Origin: Octopus vulgaris
Lineage: Eukaryota
Reading direction: 5' to 3'
Assembly: GCA_951406725.2 (NCBI GenBank)
Contig: OX597827.1
Location: forward strand, 29,884,001 to 29,948,000
DNA: 64,000 bases
In this document: in pieces, positions 1 to 14,244 of the stretch
Layout: each line of letters begins with the position of its first letter
How positions within the stretch are numbered: position 1 is the first letter of the stretch
Position numbers and translations under genes: made by a program
Notes under the pieces: model-generated
What the model was told of the DNA's origin: nothing
Databases searched by the model: none
What the model saw: only the letters and a program-made list of their open reading frames with translations

Positions 1-344
1 ACAGAAAAGAACCATTATATATCATGCATTTTATTGTGTTTTGTTATACGTGTAATCTCCCGGTCTACGGGAAAAGTTATTTTCGAGATTGTTTTTCTAT
101 ACGGTGCATTAGACTGGTGTATATACCAGTTTCTGTTAAGTTCAATTTCCAGCAAAGGACTGCTTTATTTTACATCTTGTTGAGGCTTACAAACACAATA
201 TTATTCAAGTGCGTTTCGCTGGTGGAGTCATTAGAGGCTTGACTAAGATTTCTTGTGGCGCCTTCAGCTCTTTACATTCTGTGTTCAAATTCTGCCATGG
301 CCTGCTTGAGTGGTAGACTTAATCCATGACCTGATGTAGAAACT

Positions 345-1348
345 GTCCAACATTGGAGTCCGTGGAAAGCTGCTGCAGTGGATAAAGTGTTTCCTAACAA
401 CATTGTGCTTAAATAGAATTAGTCATTAAAGATATCATTTCATACAATACAATAGACCGAACATGCCTTCTGTCGGATCTGTTTGCTGTTGTCCAGCAGA
501 CGGAAAAAGAACAATACGCTTCTAAATAAAGATAAGTTTAATTTGATCCACTTTGGAAAAGCGGATACTCTGAAACTATTATATGACCTTCCCTCGGGCG
601 ACTCTCTAGTGTTATCCAACAGCATCAAAGACCCTGAAGTAATTGTTGATAACAATCTAAGCTGGAGTTCCCACGTAAACAGCAAGGTTAACTTGCTCCT
701 GGATTCTGAGAACTTTCCGGTCTAGAGATGCCCACACCATCATCCTTCTCAACTCTACTTTTGCCCGACCCCACCTTGAATATTGTTTCCTACTGTGGTC
801 TCCCCTGCACGAAGCAACTCATTTTGAAAGTAGAATCAATCCAGAGGTCAATAACAAGAAAGATAGACGGCATGACAGGCATTAACTATTGGGGTCGACT
901 AAAAAAAACTCAATCTCTATTCTCGCCAACGCCGCCGGGAGCGTTGTATGATGTGGAAAATATTTCATCAATATTGCACAAATGTTGTTAGCATCAATTT
1001 TAAAATCCACCCAAGACTTGGCCCCCGTGCTATCCGCCCACTACAAAATTTGAACTCAGGACACAAAACAACATTACACCACAACTACTTTACCTTAACT
1101 GGTCCAGCTCTCCTTAATACCATTCCTAAATACGTCAAAACGGAAACGGATCACACGAATTTCAAAAGTTCACTGTAAAAATACCGGACCAACCTCCTAC
1201 ACCCGGATATGTCTCCAACAATAATAACTCTTTGCTAGAGTGGGCCATGGTGCCCCATATGTGACTAAAAAACTTCACCAGGTGATGATGTTAAGTTAGA
1301 CATTGCTTGAGCCTATACTGGTCGAAACCTATCAAAGTTATCAAAGTT
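345..1348 (+). mobile_element. Degraded 3' fragment of a CR1-group LINE (family B, same as 54325-55980)
   Basis: Frameshifted RT and C-terminal remnants (KLSNIGVRGKLLQWIKCFL, NKDKFNLIHFGK, INYWGRL, HPRLGPRAIRP) and a 3' tail matching the reverse complement of 54325-54420. Confidence 0.85.
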
Positions 1349-1575
1349 ATGCGTATGTCTAGACATGCAACTATATGCATGAGAATAGATAAATAAAACA
1401 AAACATACAAATCTTCGCATGAAGACACCAGATCCTGCATACATAGACAAATACATGCAAAGATACTCTGTTGATGTGGAAATTCCAATAAAGAAGCCTT
1501 GGATCTAGGGTAGAAACCGGTTCTTTCTCTATTGGCAAGAAATATTGAAATAAACTGAATAATGGCATGCATGCA

Positions 1576-1645
1576 GACATACATACATACATACATACAT
1601 ACATACATACATACATACATACATACATACATACATACATACATA
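1576..1645. repeat. (TACA)n microsatellite
   Basis: Direct observation. Confidence 0.95.
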
Positions 1646-1893
1646 CACGCATGCATACATACATACTTACTTACGGTGGGGTACCTTCAAACTCGAGCAG
1701 TTTTTCTCTCAAGATTTCTCAGTCCGAAGTTATGGTTAGTGGACGCCTTCTCAGGGTACTGTACAACGCGATCGAACTAAGAACATTGTGTTTTGGAAGC
1801 AAACTTAACTCCGCAGACACGCCTGCACTTAAATAGAATTAGTCATTAAAAATATCATGTCATACAATACAATAGACATTTCAAGTATGTGTA

Positions 1894-1932
<39 letters not shown>

Positions 1933-2123
1933 GTGCTCTTTTATTAGTGCAGAGAATGAGGTATTGTTGGTCTGTTTCGCTAAACCCCATTCATCTATTG
2001 TTTTTAAAAGTATCTGATCTTAAAATAGATTGTCAACTGGTGTGGCATAAACTCGTCCACAGGCATACACACGCACACACGCACACACACCACGCATACG
2101 CGTAGATACACACGCATGCTTAT

Positions 2124-5292
<3,169 letters not shown>

Positions 5293-5385
5293 TAATCCAA
5301 ACAAGAAAACAAAAAAGACAACAACGCAAAGAGGTGGAACAATTAAAGTATTATTAGGCGCTCAGGAAAAAAGGGAAGAAGGAGG

Positions 5386-5420
5386 GTATGACGTTTCGAG
5401 CGGGGCTCTTCGTCGGAAAC
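5386..5420 (-). ncRNA. Minimal type-I hammerhead ribozyme in the PLE1 pseudo-LTR
   Basis: Reverse complement GTTT-CCGACGA-A-GAGC-ccc-GCTC-GAAA-CGTC/ATAC; palindromic stem III ACGT; stem I weak with one mismatch. Confidence 0.7.
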
Positions 5421-5593
5421 ATAAGAGAAAGAAAGATCCCGAGGTGGGAGGACAGAGGGAAAAAAACGCGAGTGGTCTTCACGAGGTAAACATACTGAAA
5501 GGCAGGAAGTCGTAGACGAGAGGGGACAGGTTTTCAAAGACAGGAGAGCGGAAAAAGAAGGAAGGTAAAAACACAATGAGTAAGAAGAAGAGG

Positions 5594-7091
5594 GTGTGTA
5601 TGTGAGTATGTGCGTGTGTGTGTATGTATATATATGTAAGGCGACGGCTAGTGGCGAGCAGCGGTCGTAACGGTGTGCGAGATGACAAGTGTGTGTTTAT
5701 TAGTGCGTGCGTCTGTGTGTAAGTGTGTGTGCGTTGGGCGAAGGCTAGTGGACGTAGCAGTCACAGGTCAGTAGTAAAAGGAGGAAGAAGGGGAATGTGT
5801 GTGTGCGTATGTACGTGCCGTGTGTGTGTTTTGTTGTAGTATGTGTGTGTACGTGTGCGATTTGTTGTGTGTATGGCGAGTAACTTTGCTTAACAGAGTG
5901 TATATGTAGATGTGTGTGTGCTTATATGTGCGTATATGTATACTTGTGTGCATGTATGTATGTGTGCGAGTGTTTAGGTGTGCGTATGTATGTGTGTGTC
6001 TGTGTTTATATGTGTGTACGTATGTGTATGTGTGCGTGCGCGTGGAGGTATATGTTGGGTGTGTGTATGTGCCGGTGTGCATGTGAATTTGTGTGTGTTT
6101 GTACGTGTGTAAGTGTGTGTGCGTGTATTGTATATATATATGTAAATGTGTGTGTGTGAGTGCGTGGGAGTTAATGTATGTATGTGTGTGCGTGTGTGTA
6201 CAAAAAGTAGGGGTATTATATGTGTGTGTATATATATGCATGCAAGGAAACAATTTGCAACTGACGGAATGATGGAAAAATGCTCCCGCGGTGACAGGCG
6301 TAAGAGAAACCCAAGAACACGCTGGCCCCAGATACGAACCCGAGATTTAGCCAGAACCCACAGGCGTGGTGCATGCATGTATGTATGCGTGCGCGAGCGC
6401 GCACATGCATGTCTGTGCGCGTGCATGCGAGTGTGTGTGTAAGTATGTGTGTGTGTGGATGTGTGAGTGTGTATGTGTGTATGTCTGTGTGTATGTCTGT
6501 GTGTATGTGTATCCGATTGAATGTAAGTATGTGTGTGTATATGTGTGTGTGTATAGGTGCATGTCTGTATGTATGTGTGTGTATGCGTGTGAGTGTGTAT
6601 GTATGTATGTGTGTATGTGTGGAAGTGTGTGTATGTGCATGTGTGTGCGCGTGCATGCGAGTGTGTGTGTAAGTGTGTGTGTGTATGTATGTGTGAGTGT
6701 GTATGTGTGTATGTCTGTGTGTATATGTGTCCGTGAGAGTGTATGTAAGTATGTGTGTGTGTATGTGTGTATGTGTATGAGTGTATGTATGTATGTGTGT
6801 GTGTATGTGTGTATGTGTGGAAGTATGTGTGTGTATGTATGTATGTATATGTGTGTGTATGTATGTATGTGTACGTGCGTGTGTGTGTGTGTATGCATGT
6901 ATGCGTACATGCGTGTAGGTGTGTGCGAGTGCATGCATGCATGTGCGTATGTATGTTTATGTGCATGTGTGTAGGTATATATGTATGTGCGTATATGTGT
7001 GTGTGTATGCATGCGTGTGTATGTAGGTGTGTAGGCGTGTGTGTATAGGTGTATGTGTGTATGTATGTATGGGTGTGTGTCTGTGTATGTT

Positions 7092-7122
<31 letters not shown>

Positions 7123-8760
7123 ATGAGTGAAGGTATGAATGTATGTGTGTGTGTGTACATATGTAATGTATGTATGTATGCGTGTGTGTGCGTATGTATG
7201 CGTGTGTGTGTGTATGTAGGTGCGTATGTATGTGTGTGGGACTGTAGGTGTGTGTGTATGTGTGCGTGTGCGTGTATATGTTGGTGTGTGCGTATGTGAG
7301 TGTGAGTGTATGGGTGTATGTCATGCATGTGTGTGCGCGTGCAGGCGAGTGTGTGTGTAAGTATGTGTGTATGTAGGTATGTGTGAGTGTGTATGTGTGT
7401 ATGTCTGTGTGTATGCGTGTGCGTATGAGAGTATGTAATTATGTGTGTGTGTATATGTGTATGTGTATGGGTGTATGTATGTATGTATGTGTGTGTGTGA
7501 ATGTGTGTAAGTATATGTGTGTGTGCGTATATGTGTGTGTATGTGTGTGTATGTATGTGTGTATGTATGTGTGTAGGCGTGTGTGTATAGGTGTATGTGT
7601 GTATGTATGTATGGGTGTGTGTCTGTGTATGTTTGTGTGTGTGTGTGTATGTATGTATGAGTGAAGGTATGAATGTATGTAAGTGTGTGTGTGTATGAAT
7701 GTATGTAAGTGTGTGTGTGTACGTATGTAATGTATGTATGTATGCGTGTGTGTGTGTGTGTATGTATGCGTGTGCGTGTAGGTGCGTATGTATGTATGTG
7801 GGAGTGTAGGTGTGTGTGTGTGTGTGTGTATGTGTGCGTGTGCGTGTATGTGTGTGTGTGTGTGTGTGAGTGTGAGTGTATGTGTGTATGTCTGTGTGTA
7901 TGTATGTCTTAAGTATGTATGTGTGTGTATGTATGTATGTGTGTGTATGTGTGTGTGTGTGGGTATGTGTGTGTATGTGTGTGTATGTATGTGTGTAAGT
8001 GTGTGTGCGTGTATGTATGTAGGTATGTAGGTGTGCGCACAGGCATACATGCATGTGTGTGTATGTATGTATACATACGCACGCACGCACACGAAGCACG
8101 CTCACACACACAACACACAAACAATACAACGCACGCATATGGAGCCGACCCCACCCGAGGCCCGTGCCAAAGCGCGCGCGCGCTGACCCCCGAACACCCA
8201 CACCACGAGAACCGAAGATCCATCAACCCAAGAACCCGAAAGAAGGGGGGTGCGCCAGGATGCAAATATATGTATGTGTGTGTGCATTCGTGTAAACGTG
8301 TGCGTGTGTAGGTATGTATGTATGTATGTGTGTGTGCATACGTGTATGTGTGCATGTGTGTGTGTGTGTATGTAAGTATGTGTGTAAAGTATGTATGTAC
8401 AATGTGTGTGTGTGTGTATGTGTGTATGTATGTGCGTATGTATGTGTGTATGTATGTATGTATGTATTTATGTATGTGTGTATGTGTGTGTGTAAGTGTG
8501 TATGTGTGTGTGTATGTGTGTATGTATGTATGTGTGTATGTATGTGCATGTTTGTTTGTTTGTTTGTGTGTGTATGTATGTATATATATATGTGTGATTA
8601 AATGTGTGAATGTATGTACGTAGATGTGTATACGTATGTGTGTGTGTGTGTGTGAACGGGCGTGTGTGTGTGCGCGTGGGTATGTAAGGTGTGGAAGTAT
8701 GTGTGCGTACAAGTGAGTGAGTAGGTTGTGTGTGGGTGGTGTGTTGGAGGTAGGTGTGTA
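5594..8760. repeat. Compound (GT)n/(GTAT)n microsatellite array with internal duplications
   Basis: Direct observation; source of the His/Thr and Cys/Val pseudo-ORFs. Confidence 0.95.
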
Positions 8761-8858
8761 GGAGGTAGGTATGTGGGGGGTATTTTTTCGAAAAAAAAAA
8801 CTTAAGAGGAGGGGGCTGTGTTGAGTTCGTGTGGGGTAGTGGTTTGTAGGGTGAAGAT

Positions 8859-10458
8859 TTAGCGTTGCTCCAAGTGGAGCCTAGATAGTGGACGACCATT
8901 GTGTGGGGCGAGACCAAACACTGAGATGTCATCTGGGGAATGGCTGGCCGAGCGGAAGTGGCGTGCGACGGGAGAAAAAGAGTGTAGGCGAACGTCCCTC
9001 AGATGTTCTGCGAATCGGTCAGACAACCGGCGTCCCGTCTGTCCTACATACCGCATCCCGCATAGGTTGCATTTAATGCAGTATATGAGGCCAGACGAGG
9101 TGCACGTAAAAGAGTGTCTAATACGTACAGTTCGCCGGTTAGAGCCGGTGACAGCAGTGGTGTTGGTGATGAAGGGGCAGGTGTTGCAACGGGATCTAGA
9201 GCACGGGAAAGATCCGTGTGGGGCTGAGGGGGAAGGAGAGAGGGTGCTGTGGACCAGGAGGTCGCGTAGATTCTGGGCTCGTTTGAAGGAGGACAGGTGT
9301 GGGTTGGGGAAAATGGGGCGGGTTGTGGGATCGAGCTGGAGGCGACGGAAAAGGAGGGGGAAGGGTGTGCGGTTGGGGGGGTGAGAGGAAGGTGGTGCGG
9401 TCGATGCGACGGGCGCGGGCGAAGGCATTTGAGATGAGTATAGGTGGGTAACCTCGGAGTCTGAACAGGCGGGCCAGGTATTGAGATTGGGTCTCGAAAT
9501 CCTGGTCGCGGCTGCACAAGCGTCGGTGGCGGAGGAACTGGGAGTTTGGTGTGGAAGGGGTGGGAGGAGGAGAAGTTGAGATAGAGGTGGGAATCCGTGG
9601 GTTTAAAGAAGGCGGTGGTGGTGAGAGAGTGGGAGGGGTGGTCGATTCGGAGAGAGATGTCAAGGAAGTTGACAGAGGTGTTGGAGATGGTTGAGGTGAA
9701 TTGTAGGGAGGGGTGAAAGTTGGAAAGGAAAGAGATGAATTGGCAGAGAATTTCACGGGAAAGGGAGGTGGCACCTATGCAGTCGTTTATATAGCGACCG
9801 TATAGTTCAGGGGTCGGCCTGGAGAATTGGGAGAATACTTGGGCCTCAATGTAGCCAAGAAAGAGATTAGCGAAATTGGGGCCCATTCTAGTTCCCATCG
9901 CGACCCCGGACACCTGTTGGTACGTTTCCCCGGCGAACGTGAAACAGTTGAGGGTTAGAACGAGCTCTGCCAGGCGGAGAAGGGTGGGGGGCGCTGGGGC
10001 TGGGGTCGGGACGACGGTCGAGGAAGTGTTGGAGGGCTAGGAGACCGTCATTGTGGGGAATCACTGGGTACAGGGATTTTACATCTAAAGTGAAGAGGAG
10101 GTGTGAGGGGCTGGAAGGGAAGGAAAAGGAATTGAAGAGACGGAGGGCGTGGTTGGTGTCGTGTATGTGGGATGGGAGGGCTGCGACTAAGGGGGACAGG
10201 ATGCGGTCGAAGTATAGGGAAATGTGTTCAGTGGGGCAATTACAGGCAGAGACTATGGGACGGCCAGGATTATTGGGTTTATGGATCTTGGGAAGGAAAT
10301 AGATGGTGGAGCTGCGGGGTGTGCGGACGATGAGGTTGGTGGCGGTGGGGGGGAGAGCAGTAGAGGAGATGAGGTCGTGGATGGTGGAGGACACACGCTG
10401 TTGGTAGGAGGAGGTGGGATCGGAGGGGAGGAGGCGATAGAAGAGGGGATTTTGAAAT
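8859..10458 (-). pseudogene. PLE reverse transcriptase / GIY-YIG endonuclease, frameshifted
   Basis: YFLPKIHK..GRPIVS, LDVKSLY, GVAMGTRMGP, YGRYIND (YIDD mutated), FLDI, CSRSRCNTC and LIYCIKCNLCGMRYVGQTGRRLSDRFAEH spread across several frames. Confidence 0.92.
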
Positions 10459-10491
10459 ACATATATATATATATATATATTTATATATACA

Positions 10492-10882
10492 TAGAGAGAC
10501 TTAGTAATTTTAATATTTCTATTATTGAAAACAAGTGGATGTATTCCACCGAAGCTAGGTAAATAAAACCTTCGAACAGAGATTGTCAGAAGCGACACCT
10601 ACTGGTCTGGCTACGCTGCATTGAAAAGGGGCAATACCCCGAAACGCGTCTGTAGCTGCCGGTCAAGTAGTGTGGAGCGACTGACCTCCCTTGTTCGAAG
10701 GTTATATGGATACAGTTTGTGTATCAAATAGCTAACTTAAGGCGATGGCCTCATGGAGCTAATAAGCGGACAGCTTTATTCTTATTTTTATAAGAATGCC
10801 ATATTAGTATGGCGATAACTATTATTTTCCGGGAACGCTGCCGTTGTTCTCTTTTAGAGAGACTTAGTAATTTTAATATTTC

Positions 10883-10888
<6 letters not shown>
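10492..10888 (+). mobile_element. Non-coding retrozyme-like element A (period 363 nt, about 1.1 units) with HHR
   Basis: 34-nt direct repeat TAGAGAGACTTAGTAATTTTAATATTTCTATTAT at 10492 and 10855; internal HHR; (TA)n flanks; no ORF. Confidence 0.78.
10615..10656 (+). ncRNA. Minimal type-I hammerhead ribozyme (U3-A8 core variant)
   Basis: GCTGCA-TTGAAAA-GGGG-caata-CCCC-GAAA-CGCGTC/TGTAGC: 6-bp stem I, 4-bp stem II, palindromic ACGCGT stem III, predicted cleavage after 10650. Confidence 0.85.
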
Positions 10889-10941
<53 letters not shown>

Positions 10942-11002
10942 CATATATATATATTTATATATATATATATTTATATATATATATACATATATATATATAT
11001 TT

Positions 11003-11063
<61 letters not shown>

Positions 11064-11097
11064 CATATATATATATTTATATATATATATATATATA

Positions 11098-11694
11098 TAA
11101 GAAATATTGAGTTTCTAAATCTCTCGTAGAGAGGTGTACGGTGGTGGAGCGATATAATGGTTGTATACTGTCAATCTAACAAGAACGTGACAGTAGGGGG
11201 TACACCACCGTTATATAGCCCTAGGAGGCATCGAACGCCTCCTGACAGCTTCGACACATTTTATCCTGTGTCCTTATATACACATACGAAGGGGAGACAA
11301 ACACCCCCAACTGCCGGAACTGCATCTAGGGACACCGTGTTTAAGGATCATTGTCCTTCATCGGCCTAGAATAGCAGACACCGGTCAGCCGGCGATATCT
11401 GTCTCGACTTCGTATCTGTATATATCTATAGTCAGTGAAGTCTATTCACTGATTATCAAAATAAGAAATATTGAGTTTCTAAATCTCTCGTAGAGAGGTG
11501 TACGGTGGTGGAGCGATATAATGGTTGTATACTGTCAATCTAACAAGAACGTGACAGTAGGGGGTACACCACCGTTATATAGCCCTAGGAGGCATCGAAC
11601 GCCTCCTGACAGCTTCGACACATTTTATCCTGTGTCCTTATATACACATACGAAGGGGAGACAAACACCCCCAACTGCCGGAACTGCATCTAGG
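11098..11694 (-). mobile_element. Non-coding retrozyme-like element B (period 364 nt, about 1.64 units) with HHR
   Basis: 11098-11330 is repeated at 11462-11694; HHR at 11325-11370; (TA)n on both sides. Confidence 0.82.
11325..11370 (-). ncRNA. Type-I hammerhead ribozyme motif (U4C, G12U variant)
   Basis: Reverse complement TCTAGG-CCGATGA-AGGA-caatga-TCCT-TAAA-CACGGTGTC/CCTAGA; perfect 6-bp stem I. Confidence 0.8.
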
Positions 11695-11697
11695 AAC

Positions 11698-11756
<59 letters not shown>

Positions 11757-11758
<2 letters not shown>

Positions 11759-12370
11759 TATAAATAGATGTGTGTATTTTTACCTTGTTAACAATTAGCA
11801 CGGAAAAATAAATAAATAGTTACCAGGGCAGCAAAAATCTCACAAGTAAAGGTGTTGTAACTCCTTGTTTATAAAGGTAGAAACTTTGTGTTTACGTTGA
11901 ATATTTTGAATAATATGAATAAAAAATGGAGTTAACGCAGGTGTAAACAAGTATTTTTACTTTCGACACATGTTTCGAAAATTCCACTGGTACTATTCAA
12001 AAGAATAAATGGTATAAACAATGCAATCTACTCATCGGGAAAGTGAAAAAAACCAAACTCGTCAACACGACATTTTAGCAAAAAATGATGGATTTGTATA
12101 GCGATAGACAGAACGCTATTAATATTGTTTAAAAAAACGTTATATGATATAACGTCATAAGTAGCTAACAGAAAGAGTAGGGATATTAATAGTGAATGTT
12201 AAATATAAAGGAAATTAAAGTTTAAATTATATATAATGATAGAGGCTACTTATATGCACTAAATGTATGTTTTTGCCAATGCTTACATCTGTATGCTCGC
12301 TCAATAACCGTGTTTACTAGAGTATTTTTAGAAAAAATAATGAAAAATAGCTCAGAGTTGCAGAGAAGAC
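11757..12370 (-). mobile_element. Solo PLE pseudo-LTR-like fragment with HHR at 11959-12044
   Basis: Reverse complement ACTTTC-CCGATGA-(long degenerate stem II)-GAAA-CATGTGTC/GAAAGT; bounded by (TA)n. Confidence 0.7.
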
Positions 12371-12452
12371 AGATATATATATGTATATATATATATGTAT
12401 ATATATATATGTATATGTATATATATATATATGTATATATATATATGTATAT

Positions 12453-12522
<70 letters not shown>

Positions 12523-12557
12523 GTATATATATATGTATATATATATATGTATATATA

Positions 12558-12672
<115 letters not shown>

Positions 12673-13453
12673 TATATATATATGTATATATATATATTGT
12701 TATATTTCGGAATGGTCATTTTGCCAGTTTAGCCAATAAAAGCACACGCACTATATATTTGGTGTTACTTTGCTTCAGTGTTATTTATTTTTTACATTAA
12801 TCTTAATCTTATTTCGGCCAGAGTTCTTTCGTCACACTCCTATGACCGCATCAGTGGTCCTTTGTTTTCTTCTCACTTATTTGTGTCTCTCCTTACTAAC
12901 CGTCAGCCATTGTGTATTTCTATTGTATGTCTTCATTTGCGCATGCTTATATCTCTATGTGCGTTTATGTTTATTTAGTGTGTGTATGTGGGGGATGCCT
13001 ATAATATTTGTATCTTCTGTTTATATATGTTCATGTAATTTGTATTTTGCAGTTTGTTTTTTGTTTTTTGTTTTTGTTTTTGTTTATTCTTATTTTGTTC
13101 ATGTGTTTACATCCACCCATTATTATCATTACATATGCTTGTATGTATGTATGTATGTATGTATGTATAACAACAATACTAGTAATAATAATAATAAATT
13201 GAATCGAAAATATATATATATATATATATACACATATATATATACATATACACACACATATATATATATATAGTTATTTATTTATTTATCTGTGTATTTA
13301 TTATGTTTTCAGGATCCTCTATCGTCATATGTTGTGGTGTGTGTTAGTGCTCCATTCTAGTTTTCTCTATATGTATCTGTATATATATATGTATATATAT
13401 ATGTATATATATGTATATATATATATATGTATATATATATGTATATATATATG

Positions 13454-13487
<34 letters not shown>

Positions 13488-13560
13488 AAATAAATAAATA
13501 AATGACTATATATATATATGTGTGTATATGTATATGTATATATATATATATATGTATATA

Positions 13561-14134
13561 TTGTCATCAAAAAAGGGGGTAGAATTAATTAATTGTTAAT
13601 AAATTCGACCAAGCAGTATTCGGTATGTAAAGACCATTTACAGTATATTTGAAGTATTAATTTATAAAAATATGGTAAAGTACAAAAATTCACTTTACCA
13701 CACACCGAACTTTTCAGAAATAGCAGCCAAAGATTTGGCTATTTCTTCAACTGCAAATAAAAGTCTCCAGACAATGCATACTCAGAAAATAACTCACATA
13801 GGTATAAGGGAAAAACAATGAAAGATCACATCCATATACGATACCCGAGGACAGTCTGTTTCTGGATTTGTGGGTAAAACGCCACTTTTCCTTCATCAGC
13901 TCAGAGATTTCTTCTGATTTAGATTTGAAAATACTAAGAATCAAACATACCCGTCCGATATCTGTAACATCGGACAAACCATGCCAGACACCCAGTACTA
14001 GCGAATCCAATGCATTGTCTGGAGACTTTTATTTGCAGTTGAAGAAATAGCCAAATCTTTGGCTGCTATTTCTGAAAAGTTCGGTGTGTGGTAAAGTGAA
14101 TTTTTTTACTTTACCATATTTTTATAAATTAATA
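13561..14134 (-). mobile_element. HHR-bearing PLE pseudo-LTR/retrozyme with a 125-bp inverted repeat, nested in a TA tract of PLE2
   Basis: Arms 13655-13779 and 14010-14134; HHR 13845-13904 reverse complement CTGAG-CTGATGA-AGGA..TCCA-GAAA-CAGACTGTC/CTCGG. Confidence 0.8.
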
Positions 14135-14244
14135 TATATGTATATATATATATTTTTTTTTCGATTCAATTTATTATTATTATTACTAGTATTGTTGTTA
14201 TACATACATACATACATACAAGCATATGTAATGATAATAATGGG

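Larger units (their letters stand above)
5289..10458 (-). mobile_element. Penelope-like element 1 (Cys-rich linker, Neptune-like), 5'-truncated, with long microsatellite-rich 3' region and HHR-bearing pseudo-LTR
   Basis: RT and GIY-YIG pieces at 8859-10458; terminal segment 5289-5590 carries an HHR; (TA)n at both boundaries. Confidence 0.8.

Noticed and set aside
191-330. Possible minus-strand host exon bounded by AG and GTAAG
   Set aside because: All three frames contain a stop codon and there is no recognisable homology; cannot be supported without transcripts
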